A stretch of 64,000 bases of DNA from a virus (lineage: Duplodnaviria; Caudoviricetes), in the IMG/VR virus record IMGVR_UViG_3300031994_000033, positions 32,001 to 96,000 of that record; one strand, given 5' to 3'. Positions 35,740 through 45,592 of this stretch are shown piece by piece. Position 1 is the first letter of the stretch. Every line of letters starts with the position of its first letter. A program made the translations under genes and the position numbers. Under the pieces are notes generated by a model. It saw only the letters and a list, made by a program, of their open reading frames with translations, searched no databases and was not told the origin of the DNA.

Positions 35740-38310
35740 ATGGCAACTATCAAGTACAAGTATCTCATGCTTGGAGATTCAGACGTGAACAACAATCAGT
35801 CACGCGGAATCTCTATGCAGTTCAACGGATTTGCTCCTTTGACATTCAAAGATCCTGAGTTCGATCTCGAGTCTTACATCAGTGAGCAAGAACTAGTTCC
35901 TTCGCTAGACAAGATACTGACAGACAACAGAGGCACACTTCTGTTCGACGGCGTAAGCTATGTCTCATCTAACGGCTATCCAGTCGCTAGCACTTCTAAC
36001 TATTCGACTGCCATCAAGAGTCCAGGAAGCTTCATGTTCAAAGATCTGAACGTCGAAGCAGCAGATGAGTTCCAGCTCATCGGAGAAGAAGAGAAGGTTC
36101 CTCACGGATCGACTGTGATCGAGATTCAGCTCTCCGATACGATGATGGCGGATCGCTTACAGGGTCAAGTTCGTGTTGACGCGATCGTTCTCTACGGACA
36201 GGCATACAATCTCGACTTCTACTCAAGAGTCCAGCAGGGCAGCTTAGAGAGAACGATTCCTATCGGCATCGTGTACTTCTATGGCGAGTCTAAGCCAGTC
36301 ATTGATCCCAATAGCGGAGGAAAGGCTAAGACTGAGCTTCGAGTGACATTGGGAATCAGCTCTGCTGAAGTTCCGACATCAGCATACGACGAGAACTCTT
36401 CTTACTCGAAGTGGATCAAGATCGCCGGATCGATGCATGTCGTGAATGATGATCTAGTTACAGCTTCTAGCTTTGTCGTCAGAGGAAGAGGCGTAGAGAC
36501 CGTCTCTGCTGTAGAGCCTGAAGGACTATACGCTGAGCAGCTCTATGGCAGCACCGATACGATTGATGTAAACTCTAGAATGCTCTTCACCAACGATGTC
36601 GATTCGAACAAATGGGAGAGAAACGTATCTTTCGGCTCTCCAGCTAAGCTGACAGTACTCGATAGAAGCGAGCCTACAGACAGTGAAGATAGAAAGCCTC
36701 AGTTCGTTCTCGGTAAAGTGTCTTACGAGACGGACGAGAACGACTATGTCCACGGAACACTAGAGGGCGTTCATCAGACTTATTTCGAGTTCTCAGAAGA
36801 AGGCCATGAAGGACCGGTCTATGAGACAGACCAGTTCTCGAAGAAGAAGTCTGCGATCAGTCTATTCTCAGAAGGCACAGAATACTGCCATAAGCCACTC
36901 AGCTTAGCGCAGAGCTACGCTGGATATATGAGCACAATCGATCCAGATCAGGGGAGAGCGGCTCAATACGACTTAGCGAGCGTGGAAGCGAACAGCGCAT
37001 GCTTTAATGATGGAAACAGCATCTTCTCCTACGATTCATCTTCGACAGGAGACGGAACTAATCTAAACACGACTAATGTTCATTCGAGAGGCAATTCTCT
37101 CATTATGAACTCTAGCAACGTGGTATCTTATTCTAAATCATACGATGGAACTGGCGAATATGATGTAAAGTATGACACTTTTATCGCTAACTCTGATACT
37201 GTGCATATCTACAATCGCGTCAAGGGAACAGTCTCTAACGATGCTGGAAACTATACGACGAGAGCGTTGAACACCGTCATCAATGCTCAGAACGTCTCAA
37301 TTGACAACACAAGCGTCAGCAATTACTCTAAAGACTACGGAAGAAACTTCGTAGCTCAGAGCAACTGCCTTCTCATCAACAATGCTGATCAGAACATCTT
37401 TATCGGCATCAAGGGTGACGCATCTTCTAGATATGCACATAGCCGCATATTGAACACAAAGAACAGCGTCTATCTAGGCGGATCATTAGAAGCAGTCGGA
37501 TCGATCGGAAACTTCGTCTTTGGAACTGACTATTATAGGCCTAACCATATTAACGGCAGCGATTATCCAGAGAGAACCGTCAGCAATTCACTCATCATCG
37601 GTAGCAACTGCGAGATCAATACGACCGAAGGAGCAACTTCGATTGATGAGGATTATCAGTTCTTGTTTGGAAAAGGCCTAAAGACCGATCCTCGTCAAAC
37701 TGAAGAGCTCATGGATCATCTTCACGGTCCAGCTATTCTACTCGGTTGGAACAACCAGAAGTATTATCAGCCAAAACAGAGAAAGCTGGTCGTTCTCGGC
37801 GGAGGTTCGTTCAGAGCAAACGGCATTCCTGACTTCAAGTACAACAGCTTGGAAGTCGCTACGACAAACCTAGATGATTCCAATCCGGACGGTCTAGTCG
37901 ATAGAAGCGGAAATGCTGTTCATGTCTTCAATAGAGCTACTGTAACGAAACTGACGGACATCAAGGGAAGATCAATAGACTACGGCTCAGATGCAGTCGA
38001 CATGAAGTTCTTGAAGGGCGACAGAACGGACGAGAACTACGCGAACTACAATTTCAAGGGTCTTGGTCGAATCAATATGTTCAAGCTCTATCAGCTTCTC
38101 AGAAGACTATACTGGGGAAACGACGGAGTAGTAAGATATGCTGTGTCTTCCAACTACTCGAGCTTCTCTGATCCGACAGCATATCAGTTCGAACAGACAT
38201 ATCTGCCATGGTCAGACTACGACCGCTGGAATGGAACTATCTTCGCTAACCTAGTTGACGACAATCTGTGCAATCTGCCATATACTCCGCAGAAGCCAGA
38301 AGGTCACTAA
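35740..38310 (+). CDS. large virion/tail protein with an Asn/Ser-rich beta-solenoid-like region
   Basis: 856-aa ORF with recurring N.(F/L)(I/V).G patterns and a GGAG RBS. Confidence 0.55.
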   Translation: MATIKYKYLMLGDSDVNNNQSRGISMQFNGFAPLTFKDPEFDLESYISEQELVPSLDKILTDNRGTLLFDGVSYVSSNGYPVASTSNYSTAIKSPGSFMFKDLNVEAADEFQLIGEEEKVPHGSTVIEIQLSDTMMADRLQGQVRVDAIVLYGQAYNLDFYSRVQQGSLERTIPIGIVYFYGESKPVIDPNSGGKAKTELRVTLGISSAEVPTSAYDENSSYSKWIKIAGSMHVVNDDLVTASSFVVRGRGVETVSAVEPEGLYAEQLYGSTDTIDVNSRMLFTNDVDSNKWERNVSFGSPAKLTVLDRSEPTDSEDRKPQFVLGKVSYETDENDYVHGTLEGVHQTYFEFSEEGHEGPVYETDQFSKKKSAISLFSEGTEYCHKPLSLAQSYAGYMSTIDPDQGRAAQYDLASVEANSACFNDGNSIFSYDSSSTGDGTNLNTTNVHSRGNSLIMNSSNVVSYSKSYDGTGEYDVKYDTFIANSDTVHIYNRVKGTVSNDAGNYTTRALNTVINAQNVSIDNTSVSNYSKDYGRNFVAQSNCLLINNADQNIFIGIKGDASSRYAHSRILNTKNSVYLGGSLEAVGSIGNFVFGTDYYRPNHINGSDYPERTVSNSLIIGSNCEINTTEGATSIDEDYQFLFGKGLKTDPRQTEELMDHLHGPAILLGWNNQKYYQPKQRKLVVLGGGSFRANGIPDFKYNSLEVATTNLDDSNPDGLVDRSGNAVHVFNRATVTKLTDIKGRSIDYGSDAVDMKFLKGDRTDENYANYNFKGLGRINMFKLYQLLRRLYWGNDGVVRYAVSSNYSSFSDPTAYQFEQTYLPWSDYDRWNGTIFANLVDDNLCNLPYTPQKPEGH

Positions 38311-38378
38311 TCATTATTCCGTTGCTATTCAGTCAGCGGAATTTTTGTGTAAATATGATATAAGAGAAGAGTATAGAA

Positions 38379-39305
38379 ATGCCCGACATCAACTTGAATG
38401 GAAAATCTCTGGATCTTGATCAAAAGACTGCACAGCAGATAAAGAATCTAGCTTCAAAGCCGGAGCTAGTCAAGCTAGTGAACGACTACTGGACTGACAA
38501 GAAGCTAGGCAAGAGGACTGAGCTGAAGAAAGACTATCTTGAGATCTTAGAGAAGACTCTGTTGATCGAACCTAACCTATTCCGTCAGGACTTATTCAAC
38601 AACAAGCTTAAGCTGAAGAACTTCTCAGCGACTATCGGATCGATTCTGTCTAACACTAAGCTGAACGGAGATCTGAGAACTTCTTATCTCTCGATGTGTC
38701 TAGATGTCACGACTGAGAGACCAGCGATAGGTAAGGGCGAGTTCCTCTTTGCAGCATCTTTCAGCAATATCGGATTCTCTAAGGACTCAGGGGATCTCAT
38801 CGACATCGATACGAACGAGAAGATCGAAGTGAAGGGAATAAGCGCAGTGATGGGAAACGCACAGAACGGCAAGTTCAGACAGATGTCCGCTGAGACGATG
38901 AGAACTGTGTTCAGGCTGTTAGGGATAAACGATGTCGCTAAGCAGGACTACTATCTCAGCGAGAGCGTCGCTAAGAAGATCAAGACAGCTATCGGACTCG
39001 ATCAGAACAGGGCTAAGCAGGTATTCACATATCTTCAGAATCTGAGAAGCGAGAACGAGTCACTAGCCAGATCAGCCGTTCAGCTCTATTTCGACAAGAA
39101 GCAGTTGATCAGGACTGTCGCTGCGATGCACTTGTATGCTTATATGAAGCTCGAAAGAGACAACTATCTGCTCATATTGAATGATAAGAGCTTCTCGCTG
39201 TTCAAGGCTCCAGACACGCTGTATGACGCTTATGCGATACTCGAAAATCTAGCCGTCAAGCCATGGCATCAGGGCGAGTATGGAATAAAGGTAACTCTGA
39301 GGTAG
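38379..39305 (+). CDS. putative PD-(D/E)XK restriction-endonuclease-fold protein
   Basis: IGKGEFLF...GDLID...IEVKG gives the E...D...ExK catalytic pattern. Confidence 0.5.
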   Translation: MPDINLNGKSLDLDQKTAQQIKNLASKPELVKLVNDYWTDKKLGKRTELKKDYLEILEKTLLIEPNLFRQDLFNNKLKLKNFSATIGSILSNTKLNGDLRTSYLSMCLDVTTERPAIGKGEFLFAASFSNIGFSKDSGDLIDIDTNEKIEVKGISAVMGNAQNGKFRQMSAETMRTVFRLLGINDVAKQDYYLSESVAKKIKTAIGLDQNRAKQVFTYLQNLRSENESLARSAVQLYFDKKQLIRTVAAMHLYAYMKLERDNYLLILNDKSFSLFKAPDTLYDAYAILENLAVKPWHQGEYGIKVTLR

Positions 39306-39308
39306 TCG

Positions 39309-40712
39309 ATGGCTGATCAGATTTCGATACCTAGCTTAGTCCAGTCGATCAAGCTGGCAGACAATACGAAGAATCCTAGACTAGCTCTGAAGCTGTGGCT
39401 TGACGATTATGACAGTGACAAGGGCTATCCCTTGTCGATTCGGAACATTTCTGAGTTCAGACTGAGAGAGTCGATGTTCTTGAACCTGCCCATCGGTCAG
39501 CTCACTTATGTCGATGACGGCACAGCCAAGTCTGCTAACACATTCTATGATGGCAGACTGCTGTATGTGGGCTTCGAGTACGCGTCGAGCGACGAGAACG
39601 CTAGAGAGAAGAACATCTCGAAAGGACGTTACCGAATCGTCGGCTCTAAGATACAGAATCGAGGACAGAACAGCGTCATCTACGTCATCACGTTCATCTA
39701 TGACGCGCTCGCACTGGTGAATTCGGTGCCAAAGTTTCCAGAGTCGAGTGACGACTGCTACTGTCAATCGACCGAGGCGATGAAGAGAGTGTGCGCATCG
39801 TGCGGACTTCAGTTCATGACTAACGTCGACACGACCGACCAGATGGCTTGGTTCAACCCGAGTCTGAACGCTAGAAGATTCATTCAGTTCATAGTCAATC
39901 ACAGCTTCATCAACGAGACTGACTTCGGGATGTTCTGGGTCAACAAGTCAGGAGATGCGTTCTTCTATGGCATACGCGCTGACCTGCAGAACGGCATACC
40001 CTTCTACTTCGACAATAATGTAAATAGAAATTTACGTGATAAGAAGAAGCACTTGATCTTCACTGACGTGTTCGCGAAGGACACCGAGAATCTCTCTGAT
40101 GATGAGCTGAAGAGCAAATACGAGAACAGGATGTACATTCTGTTTGACGAAGATCAGCGAAACGACGACGGATGGGTGAGTGACTTCTATGGCAACTCAG
40201 TCCAAGTGGGTGTCTATGATCCGATGGGAAGAACGGCGCTATACAAGTCAGACGACATGACTTTTGACTTGGCGCACATGACACACAAGATCACCGGAAA
40301 GACGATCCTGCCAGGCACTCCTAGCACTGACACGACGAACAGAAACCGGGTCAGAGAGCAGATGTTCGCCGGGTACTCTTCAGTCGACTTCACTCACTCG
40401 GCTTGGGACTTCGCTCCAGTTCAGAACTCGATCATGCGCTCAGAGTTCTTCGACAATCGACACACGATCAAGATCAACACTGGAAAGCAGTTGAAGAACT
40501 TCGGAGACCAAGAGCTACGAATCGGCGACGTTCTCGACATCGACTTCAGCATGTACGAGAAGGACATGACGATCGACAACGGAGACTACATCATCCATTC
40601 GATAGACTGGAGATTCCAGCACGGAAGCGACTTGTTCCTGATCGTTAGGGTCGCTTCCGACTCACTTCATCCGACAGAGAACGAGACGCCGACTCAGAAT
40701 CAGAAAAAGTGA
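39309..40712 (+). CDS. baseplate hub-like protein (gp27/gp44-type)
   Basis: LRESMF..PIGQL..D N-terminus; C-terminal LRIGDVLDIDF...NGDYIIHSI pattern. Confidence 0.55.
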   Translation: MADQISIPSLVQSIKLADNTKNPRLALKLWLDDYDSDKGYPLSIRNISEFRLRESMFLNLPIGQLTYVDDGTAKSANTFYDGRLLYVGFEYASSDENAREKNISKGRYRIVGSKIQNRGQNSVIYVITFIYDALALVNSVPKFPESSDDCYCQSTEAMKRVCASCGLQFMTNVDTTDQMAWFNPSLNARRFIQFIVNHSFINETDFGMFWVNKSGDAFFYGIRADLQNGIPFYFDNNVNRNLRDKKKHLIFTDVFAKDTENLSDDELKSKYENRMYILFDEDQRNDDGWVSDFYGNSVQVGVYDPMGRTALYKSDDMTFDLAHMTHKITGKTILPGTPSTDTTNRNRVREQMFAGYSSVDFTHSAWDFAPVQNSIMRSEFFDNRHTIKINTGKQLKNFGDQELRIGDVLDIDFSMYEKDMTIDNGDYIIHSIDWRFQHGSDLFLIVRVASDSLHPTENETPTQNQKK

Positions 40713-40840
40713 TGTGATAGGCCATTTATAGCTGTTTCTCGAAAATGGGCAAAAATAAGGGGTACCACGCACTGATGCGCGTGTCGTTTTTAAGATAAAT
40801 ACTCTATCAACTGGGCAAAAAACAAGCAAAAAAGCGCACT

Positions 40841-41191
40841 ATGGCAGAAGAAAAGAGAACAATTTCACTCATAAAGAACAACTCTGGACTAGAGATAATG
40901 ACCGAGAACGGAAAATTCGAGCCGTTCTGGGGACTAATCGAGAAGAAGAGCCACGGGTACAAATTGAAGCTCGAAGACGGCCGAGAGCTCAAGTACTCTG
41001 ACGGACACCGCTTCATGATCGACGGCTGGGAAGTGTATGTCGAGTCACTTTCTGTGGGAGACTCTGTTGCTGGCTCTAAGATAGTCGAGATAGAAGAAGT
41101 CACTGACACTTTCTACGGTCCTTACTCTGTGAGAGGCCATGAGTACAGCACAGTGAACGAGAACGGAGAGTCCGTTCAGCTTCATCACAAC
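40841..41191 (+). mobile_element. atypically split intein, C-fragment (IntC, 117 aa)
   Basis: Block B-like LKYSDGHRF, LSVGD, and block G HHN|C. There is no N-terminal Cys/Ser block A. Confidence 0.8.
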
Positions 41192-41923
41192 TGCGAGTTC
41201 ATGGGATCATCGACGACTCTGATCGAGCTGGATAAGCTAGCTAAGCTGTTTCCGACCGAGCCTAAGGAGTTCAAGTATGGCTACTTGGTCTCGATCTGGG
41301 AAGAGCCGAAGCCTGGCTATCTCTACGTGATGGGAGTCGACACTTCGACTGGCTCTGGACTCGACTTCTCTGCAGTGCAAGTTCTAAAACTCGTCAGCAA
41401 GGACAAGTTCGAACAGGTATGCACTTTCCACGATGACAGAACGCTCGGAGGCAAGTTCAGTCAGATCATCAAGGATCTGAGCGAGTGGTACAACGACGCA
41501 CTGATCGTCATCGAGAACAACGGTCCAGGAAAGCAGGTCGCTGAGGAGATATGGTACACACTGGACTGTCAGAACATCATCAACACGGATCCGCACGGAA
41601 TCGGTACAAACGCCAACAAGGCTTCTAAGCTTGACGCGTGCTTGATGCTTCAGCGAGAAGTCAATCGAGACTCGCTGATCATTCACGACTCAGCTACCCT
41701 GAAGGAATTGACGACTTTCATTGAAGTGAGCCCAAACGTCTTCAAAGCGACGGCTGGCTCACATGACGACCTCGTGTCTGCTCTGTACTGGGCAGTCTAC
41801 GCGATATTCCAGCCTGAGATCGACTTGGACAACCTGAAAGTCGACATGAACAAAAGGGAGGAGCTAGTTGAAGTCCCAAAAACCGTATTTCCGGACGAAG
41901 ATGAAGGAATTTGGACATTCTGA
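40841..41923 (+). CDS. terL: split-intein C-fragment fused to the terminase large subunit C-terminal nuclease domain (gp17-like)
   Basis: Residues 1-117 are Hint-like and end in HHN, followed by CEFMGSSTTLI, YVMGVDTSTG..DFS, IENN and HDDLV. Confidence 0.88.
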   Translation: MAEEKRTISLIKNNSGLEIMTENGKFEPFWGLIEKKSHGYKLKLEDGRELKYSDGHRFMIDGWEVYVESLSVGDSVAGSKIVEIEEVTDTFYGPYSVRGHEYSTVNENGESVQLHHNCEFMGSSTTLIELDKLAKLFPTEPKEFKYGYLVSIWEEPKPGYLYVMGVDTSTGSGLDFSAVQVLKLVSKDKFEQVCTFHDDRTLGGKFSQIIKDLSEWYNDALIVIENNGPGKQVAEEIWYTLDCQNIINTDPHGIGTNANKASKLDACLMLQREVNRDSLIIHDSATLKELTTFIEVSPNVFKATAGSHDDLVSALYWAVYAIFQPEIDLDNLKVDMNKREELVEVPKTVFPDEDEGIWTF

Positions 41924-42431
41924 CGAGCATAAGCGAGTCACTCGGAGAAAGAGAGAACGAGAGGAGAAGTCACTACGGCACTCTAACAATAAGATGGATC
42001 AGAAGCGCAAGCAGAAGCTCAGACACACGAGGCAGTGGAGAGAGCTGAAGGCCAGGCTGATCGCTTCGAGAGGAAAACGTGATGAACTCACTGGTCATGA
42101 GCTGACTAGAGACGACAAGCTCACTTGCCATCACATGAGACTCACCGCTGAGAAGTATGGCGAGTTCACGAAAGATGAAGAGTTCATGCTTCTGACTGAG
42201 ACATCGCACAAGGTCGTTCACTGGCTTTGGGAAATGACCAAAGGCGAAGATTTTTCTATATTAAATAAACTAGAATCCGTCATTAGAAGGATGAAGGAAC
42301 TTCAAGATGAAGATAGCGGGACTGGACATGTCAGTGACCCACACGGGTGCTGTGAAACTGGAACTGGACGAGAGATTGAATATCCTGAACGCGGACTGGC
42401 TGACGTTCACGACTACCAAGAAGTATGCTAG
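41901..42431 (+). CDS. HNH endonuclease-like protein
   Basis: WRELKARL...DELTG...LTCHH...LLTETSHKVVH; overlaps both neighbours. Confidence 0.65.
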   Translation: MKEFGHSDEHKRVTRRKREREEKSLRHSNNKMDQKRKQKLRHTRQWRELKARLIASRGKRDELTGHELTRDDKLTCHHMRLTAEKYGEFTKDEEFMLLTETSHKVVHWLWEMTKGEDFSILNKLESVIRRMKELQDEDSGTGHVSDPHGCCETGTGREIEYPERGLADVHDYQEVC

Positions 42432-42963
42432 CGAAAACTGCATCTGGTACTCGAATGACGACTGGAACAGCAAATACGACAAATACAAGTTCATGCAGGA
42501 TCGAATCCTGAAGTTTGTCGAAGACGCTGACTATGTATCGGCGGAAGACTACGCGTTCGGCGCTGCTGGAGCGACTGGCCTAGTGTTCGACCTAGCCGAG
42601 TTCGAAGGCTGGATCAGACAGTCCATCTGGCGCATGGGAAAGCCCATCTATCTCTATTCACCGATGACTATCAAGAAGGTCTTCTCGGGCCACGGCAACT
42701 CAGACAAGAAGGGTATGTTCGACGCTTACAAGCGAGTTACGCTCGTAAAGCCTGATTTGAGCATCTTTCCTCCAGTGACTAATGGTAAGAAGGGCCAACC
42801 TGGCGCAAGTGACGTGATCGACGCTTATGGCGCTGCTATGACGCTCATAACTGAGCTTCTAATCGAACGAGATGGACCAGAGAAGTTCCCGAAGCACATC
42901 CAGGAATTCTGGAAGAACAGAACACGAGAGGTCATTCTAGGTTACAAGGAGACGGTAAGATGA
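42307..42963 (+). CDS. ruvC: RuvC-like Holliday junction resolvase
   Basis: IAGLDMS..TG, EDYAF, IKK..SGHGNSDK..M and DVIDAY. Confidence 0.85.
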   Translation: MKIAGLDMSVTHTGAVKLELDERLNILNADWLTFTTTKKYASENCIWYSNDDWNSKYDKYKFMQDRILKFVEDADYVSAEDYAFGAAGATGLVFDLAEFEGWIRQSIWRMGKPIYLYSPMTIKKVFSGHGNSDKKGMFDAYKRVTLVKPDLSIFPPVTNGKKGQPGASDVIDAYGAAMTLITELLIERDGPEKFPKHIQEFWKNRTREVILGYKETVR

Positions 42964-43610
42964 GCTTACAGATAAAGGGAATATCCTTCGATGATCTGCT
43001 TTGTCAGACGATGATGTGCGTACTCGACAACTTCACTTCAGTATTCGCTAAAGAGGAAGACGTAACGCTCACAGCTCAGAGGACAGACTGTCCGCATATC
43101 CGTGAGGTGATCCAAGCCTTTCCAAAGAAGATGGATCAGCTGCGTAAGCTATACGTGACGGAAGCTGAGATCGATCGTTCTCATCGTGAGTACAAGAAGA
43201 CTGGAAATGGCACATTCCACTTCAATTCAGTGAATCGCGAGAACAATCACGTCAATGGCGCGTGCCTCACTAGCATAGAGTACACGCAGGACGAAGTGAC
43301 TGTCAACATTCGCGCATCAATCGCGCCTTACAACCTGCAGTTCGACTTGGTATTGATCTCAGACCTGATCCGCGAGCTAGGTCTGTCGCCGAAGCAGATC
43401 ACGATAAAGATCGGCTACATTGCGTCAAAGCCAGTCCACAATCTCTACACATTCGTGCTATACGGGATGAGCAGAGAAGACATTCAGGACACCGCTTATG
43501 GCAGATCGATCTGGACTTCTTACGAGCGTGCTCTGACAGACAGATGTAAATTCAATAGCATGAAGGCTATTGCGAGAAAGATTCAAGAGAAACTAAAGGA
43601 TCAAAAGTAA
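42960..43610 (+). CDS. thymidylate-synthase-fold protein A (divergent)
   Basis: ACLTSIEY...NIRASIAPYNLQFDL...H.LY. Confidence 0.55.
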   Translation: MSLQIKGISFDDLLCQTMMCVLDNFTSVFAKEEDVTLTAQRTDCPHIREVIQAFPKKMDQLRKLYVTEAEIDRSHREYKKTGNGTFHFNSVNRENNHVNGACLTSIEYTQDEVTVNIRASIAPYNLQFDLVLISDLIRELGLSPKQITIKIGYIASKPVHNLYTFVLYGMSREDIQDTAYGRSIWTSYERALTDRCKFNSMKAIARKIQEKLKDQK

Positions 43611-43612
43611 AT

Positions 43613-44335
43613 ATGAGTTTACATTTCAACTGCACTGACTTTGACGACGTATTTGAGCAGACGGCCACTTGGGCCATGAACAACTTCAAGTGCAACACCT
43701 CAAGAGAGGACGATGTCACTATCGAATGCACATCGAGAAACTACAGCAAGGGTGGCGACATCGACAGAATGGCTAAGCGTCATCTGAAGAAGATGACCCG
43801 TCTGAGAGGCATCTACGTGGAGGAGGGCGAGCTCGACCGTTCACATGCTGAGCTCGTAAAGACCGGATCATCCGACTTCCGTTTTAAGAACGTCCAGCAC
43901 GAGTTCGACCACATTCATGGCGGATGTCTCACAGCTATGCACTTGACTAACGACGAAGTCACGATCACTCTGCGTGCGTCTGTCATTCCCTGGAATCTTC
44001 AGTTCGACTTGGTATTGATTTCCGATCTTCTTGGAGAACTCGGCTTGAATCCGTCTAAGATCACGTTCAAGATCGGATATATCAGAACGAAGGTCATTCA
44101 TGCGCTATACACGTATCTCTTGAACGGCTGGACGCCAGAGAAGATATGCGAGACACGATTCGGAAAGTCGATGATAGCAGCTTACACCAGAGGCTCACGT
44201 CCGACATGCAAGTACAAGAACTGGATCAGGTTCTGCGCAAGGGTAGACAGAGTGAGAGAAGAGATGGGAATAGGACCTCTGGCACCATATCTAGAAGCAG
44301 CGAAAGCAAAAGAAAGAGCAGAAAATGGGGTTTAG
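43613..44335 (+). CDS. thymidylate-synthase-fold protein B (paralog of A)
   Basis: GCLTAMHL...TLRASVIPWNLQFDLVLISDL, nearly identical to A in the core. Confidence 0.55.
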   Translation: MSLHFNCTDFDDVFEQTATWAMNNFKCNTSREDDVTIECTSRNYSKGGDIDRMAKRHLKKMTRLRGIYVEEGELDRSHAELVKTGSSDFRFKNVQHEFDHIHGGCLTAMHLTNDEVTITLRASVIPWNLQFDLVLISDLLGELGLNPSKITFKIGYIRTKVIHALYTYLLNGWTPEKICETRFGKSMIAAYTRGSRPTCKYKNWIRFCARVDRVREEMGIGPLAPYLEAAKAKERAENGV

Positions 44336-44370
44336 ATTTCTCATGAAAATACTTATATTTCAGGTGTAAA
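44327..44370 (+). promoter_or_regulatory. early sigma70-like promoter
   Basis: TTTAGA(44331)-N17-TATATT(44354)-N6-GTAAA. Confidence 0.8.
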
Positions 44371-44393
44371 TAAGAAGAATTCAGGAGTTATCT

Positions 44394-44720
44394 ATGACCA
44401 ACAATCTGCTCGACCTCAAGACTAACATCGACACCATTCTCGCTGTCCGAGAGAAGCTGCTCGGCGACTGGGAATGTCTTCAATACCGAGACGTGGACAC
44501 TGAATCCAGCGGTTACTGGGTGAAGGTTCCGGTTCTCACCAAAGACGGCGAACACAAGAACGCTGCACTCGGCATCTATCTATATTCGGGTAAGGGCATC
44601 ACAGTCAACTTCAACAGCATGGAGTTCTACAAGAAGCTACCGGGCGTTCCGTCTTACGAACAGGTGATGGACACGATCGAAGACGGCATGGAAGAGCTCG
44701 GCTACAAGCTCGACGCATAA
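44394..44720 (+). CDS. early hypothetical protein
   Basis: Early promoter and AGGAG RBS. Confidence 0.7.
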   Translation: MTNNLLDLKTNIDTILAVREKLLGDWECLQYRDVDTESSGYWVKVPVLTKDGEHKNAALGIYLYSGKGITVNFNSMEFYKKLPGVPSYEQVMDTIEDGMEELGYKLDA

Positions 44721-45160
44721 TGATCGATCCTACCAATCCAATCAATATGCCAGTGTTCTTCCCTTTCGGAAGACCTGGCGATTTTCTTGCAGATAAGCCT
44801 AGAAGCACCGAAGACATGGTGCGTAAGCTCTACGGCGACGAAGTAGAATTCCGTGAGATTCCTCAATCCGTCACTTACACAGAGTTCGCGGCGCCAGCAG
44901 CCGATCGTGCTAAGTTCGGGCCGATGGTGTTCGGAGACGCTGGACTATCAGATGAAGATCTAGCGCTGCTGCCGACTCAGGACGATCTGCCACAGCCAGA
45001 TCGAAAGCAGTTGATCCAGAACTCGGAACCTGCAGAGGATCTACTGCCTCCGCCAGAGATGACTCAGGATCTCGCATCTATTCTCGCTGCCTTCGACTCA
45101 GAAGCTGCGGGATATATCAAGTCTGGCGCAATCAACACGAACACGAGAGGAAGGCGATAA
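44720..45160 (+). CDS. hypothetical Pro/Asp-rich protein
   Basis: TAATG coupling to the upstream gene. Confidence 0.6.
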   Translation: MIDPTNPINMPVFFPFGRPGDFLADKPRSTEDMVRKLYGDEVEFREIPQSVTYTEFAAPAADRAKFGPMVFGDAGLSDEDLALLPTQDDLPQPDRKQLIQNSEPAEDLLPPPEMTQDLASILAAFDSEAAGYIKSGAINTNTRGRR

Positions 45161-45236
45161 CAACAATGAAAGAGAGCAGATCCGTTCTGCTCTATTGTTG
45201 TGTAAACTTAAGTTTACTTATACTGCTTTTTATAAA

Positions 45237-45279
45237 GGGTTTAGAATTCTCACGGATTTACCTATATTAGCTGTGTAAA
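45237..45279 (+). promoter_or_regulatory. early sigma70-like promoter
   Basis: TTTAGA(45240)-N17-TATATT(45263)-N6-GTAAA. Confidence 0.8.
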
Positions 45280-45298
45280 CTTCAACAAAGGACCAACT

Positions 45299-45592
45299 AT
45301 GAATCTCCACGACCAGCTTGACTACAAGATCGAACCGATGGGCGCACTCTGTTACCTGTCTAGCGCAAGCCATATCAATCACAAGCGCATCGAGGAGTCA
45401 GACTTCGTCAACAAGTACGACCACGACTCTGAGAACGCTCAAGAATACGGCTGCGGAAACATGAAGGCAGACGTCAAGGCATCAACTCCTGAAGTACTTG
45501 CTAAGTATGGAATTGACGAGGACGAGTACAAGATCATCGCTTTCGAGATCTCGCATGCTCTCTCGTTCGGTCCTTGCGGATGGTGCGTATGA
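45299..45592 (+). CDS. early hypothetical protein with C-terminal CGWCV
   Basis: Early promoter and AAGGACC RBS. Confidence 0.7.
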   Translation: MNLHDQLDYKIEPMGALCYLSSASHINHKRIEESDFVNKYDHDSENAQEYGCGNMKADVKASTPEVLAKYGIDEDEYKIIAFEISHALSFGPCGWCV

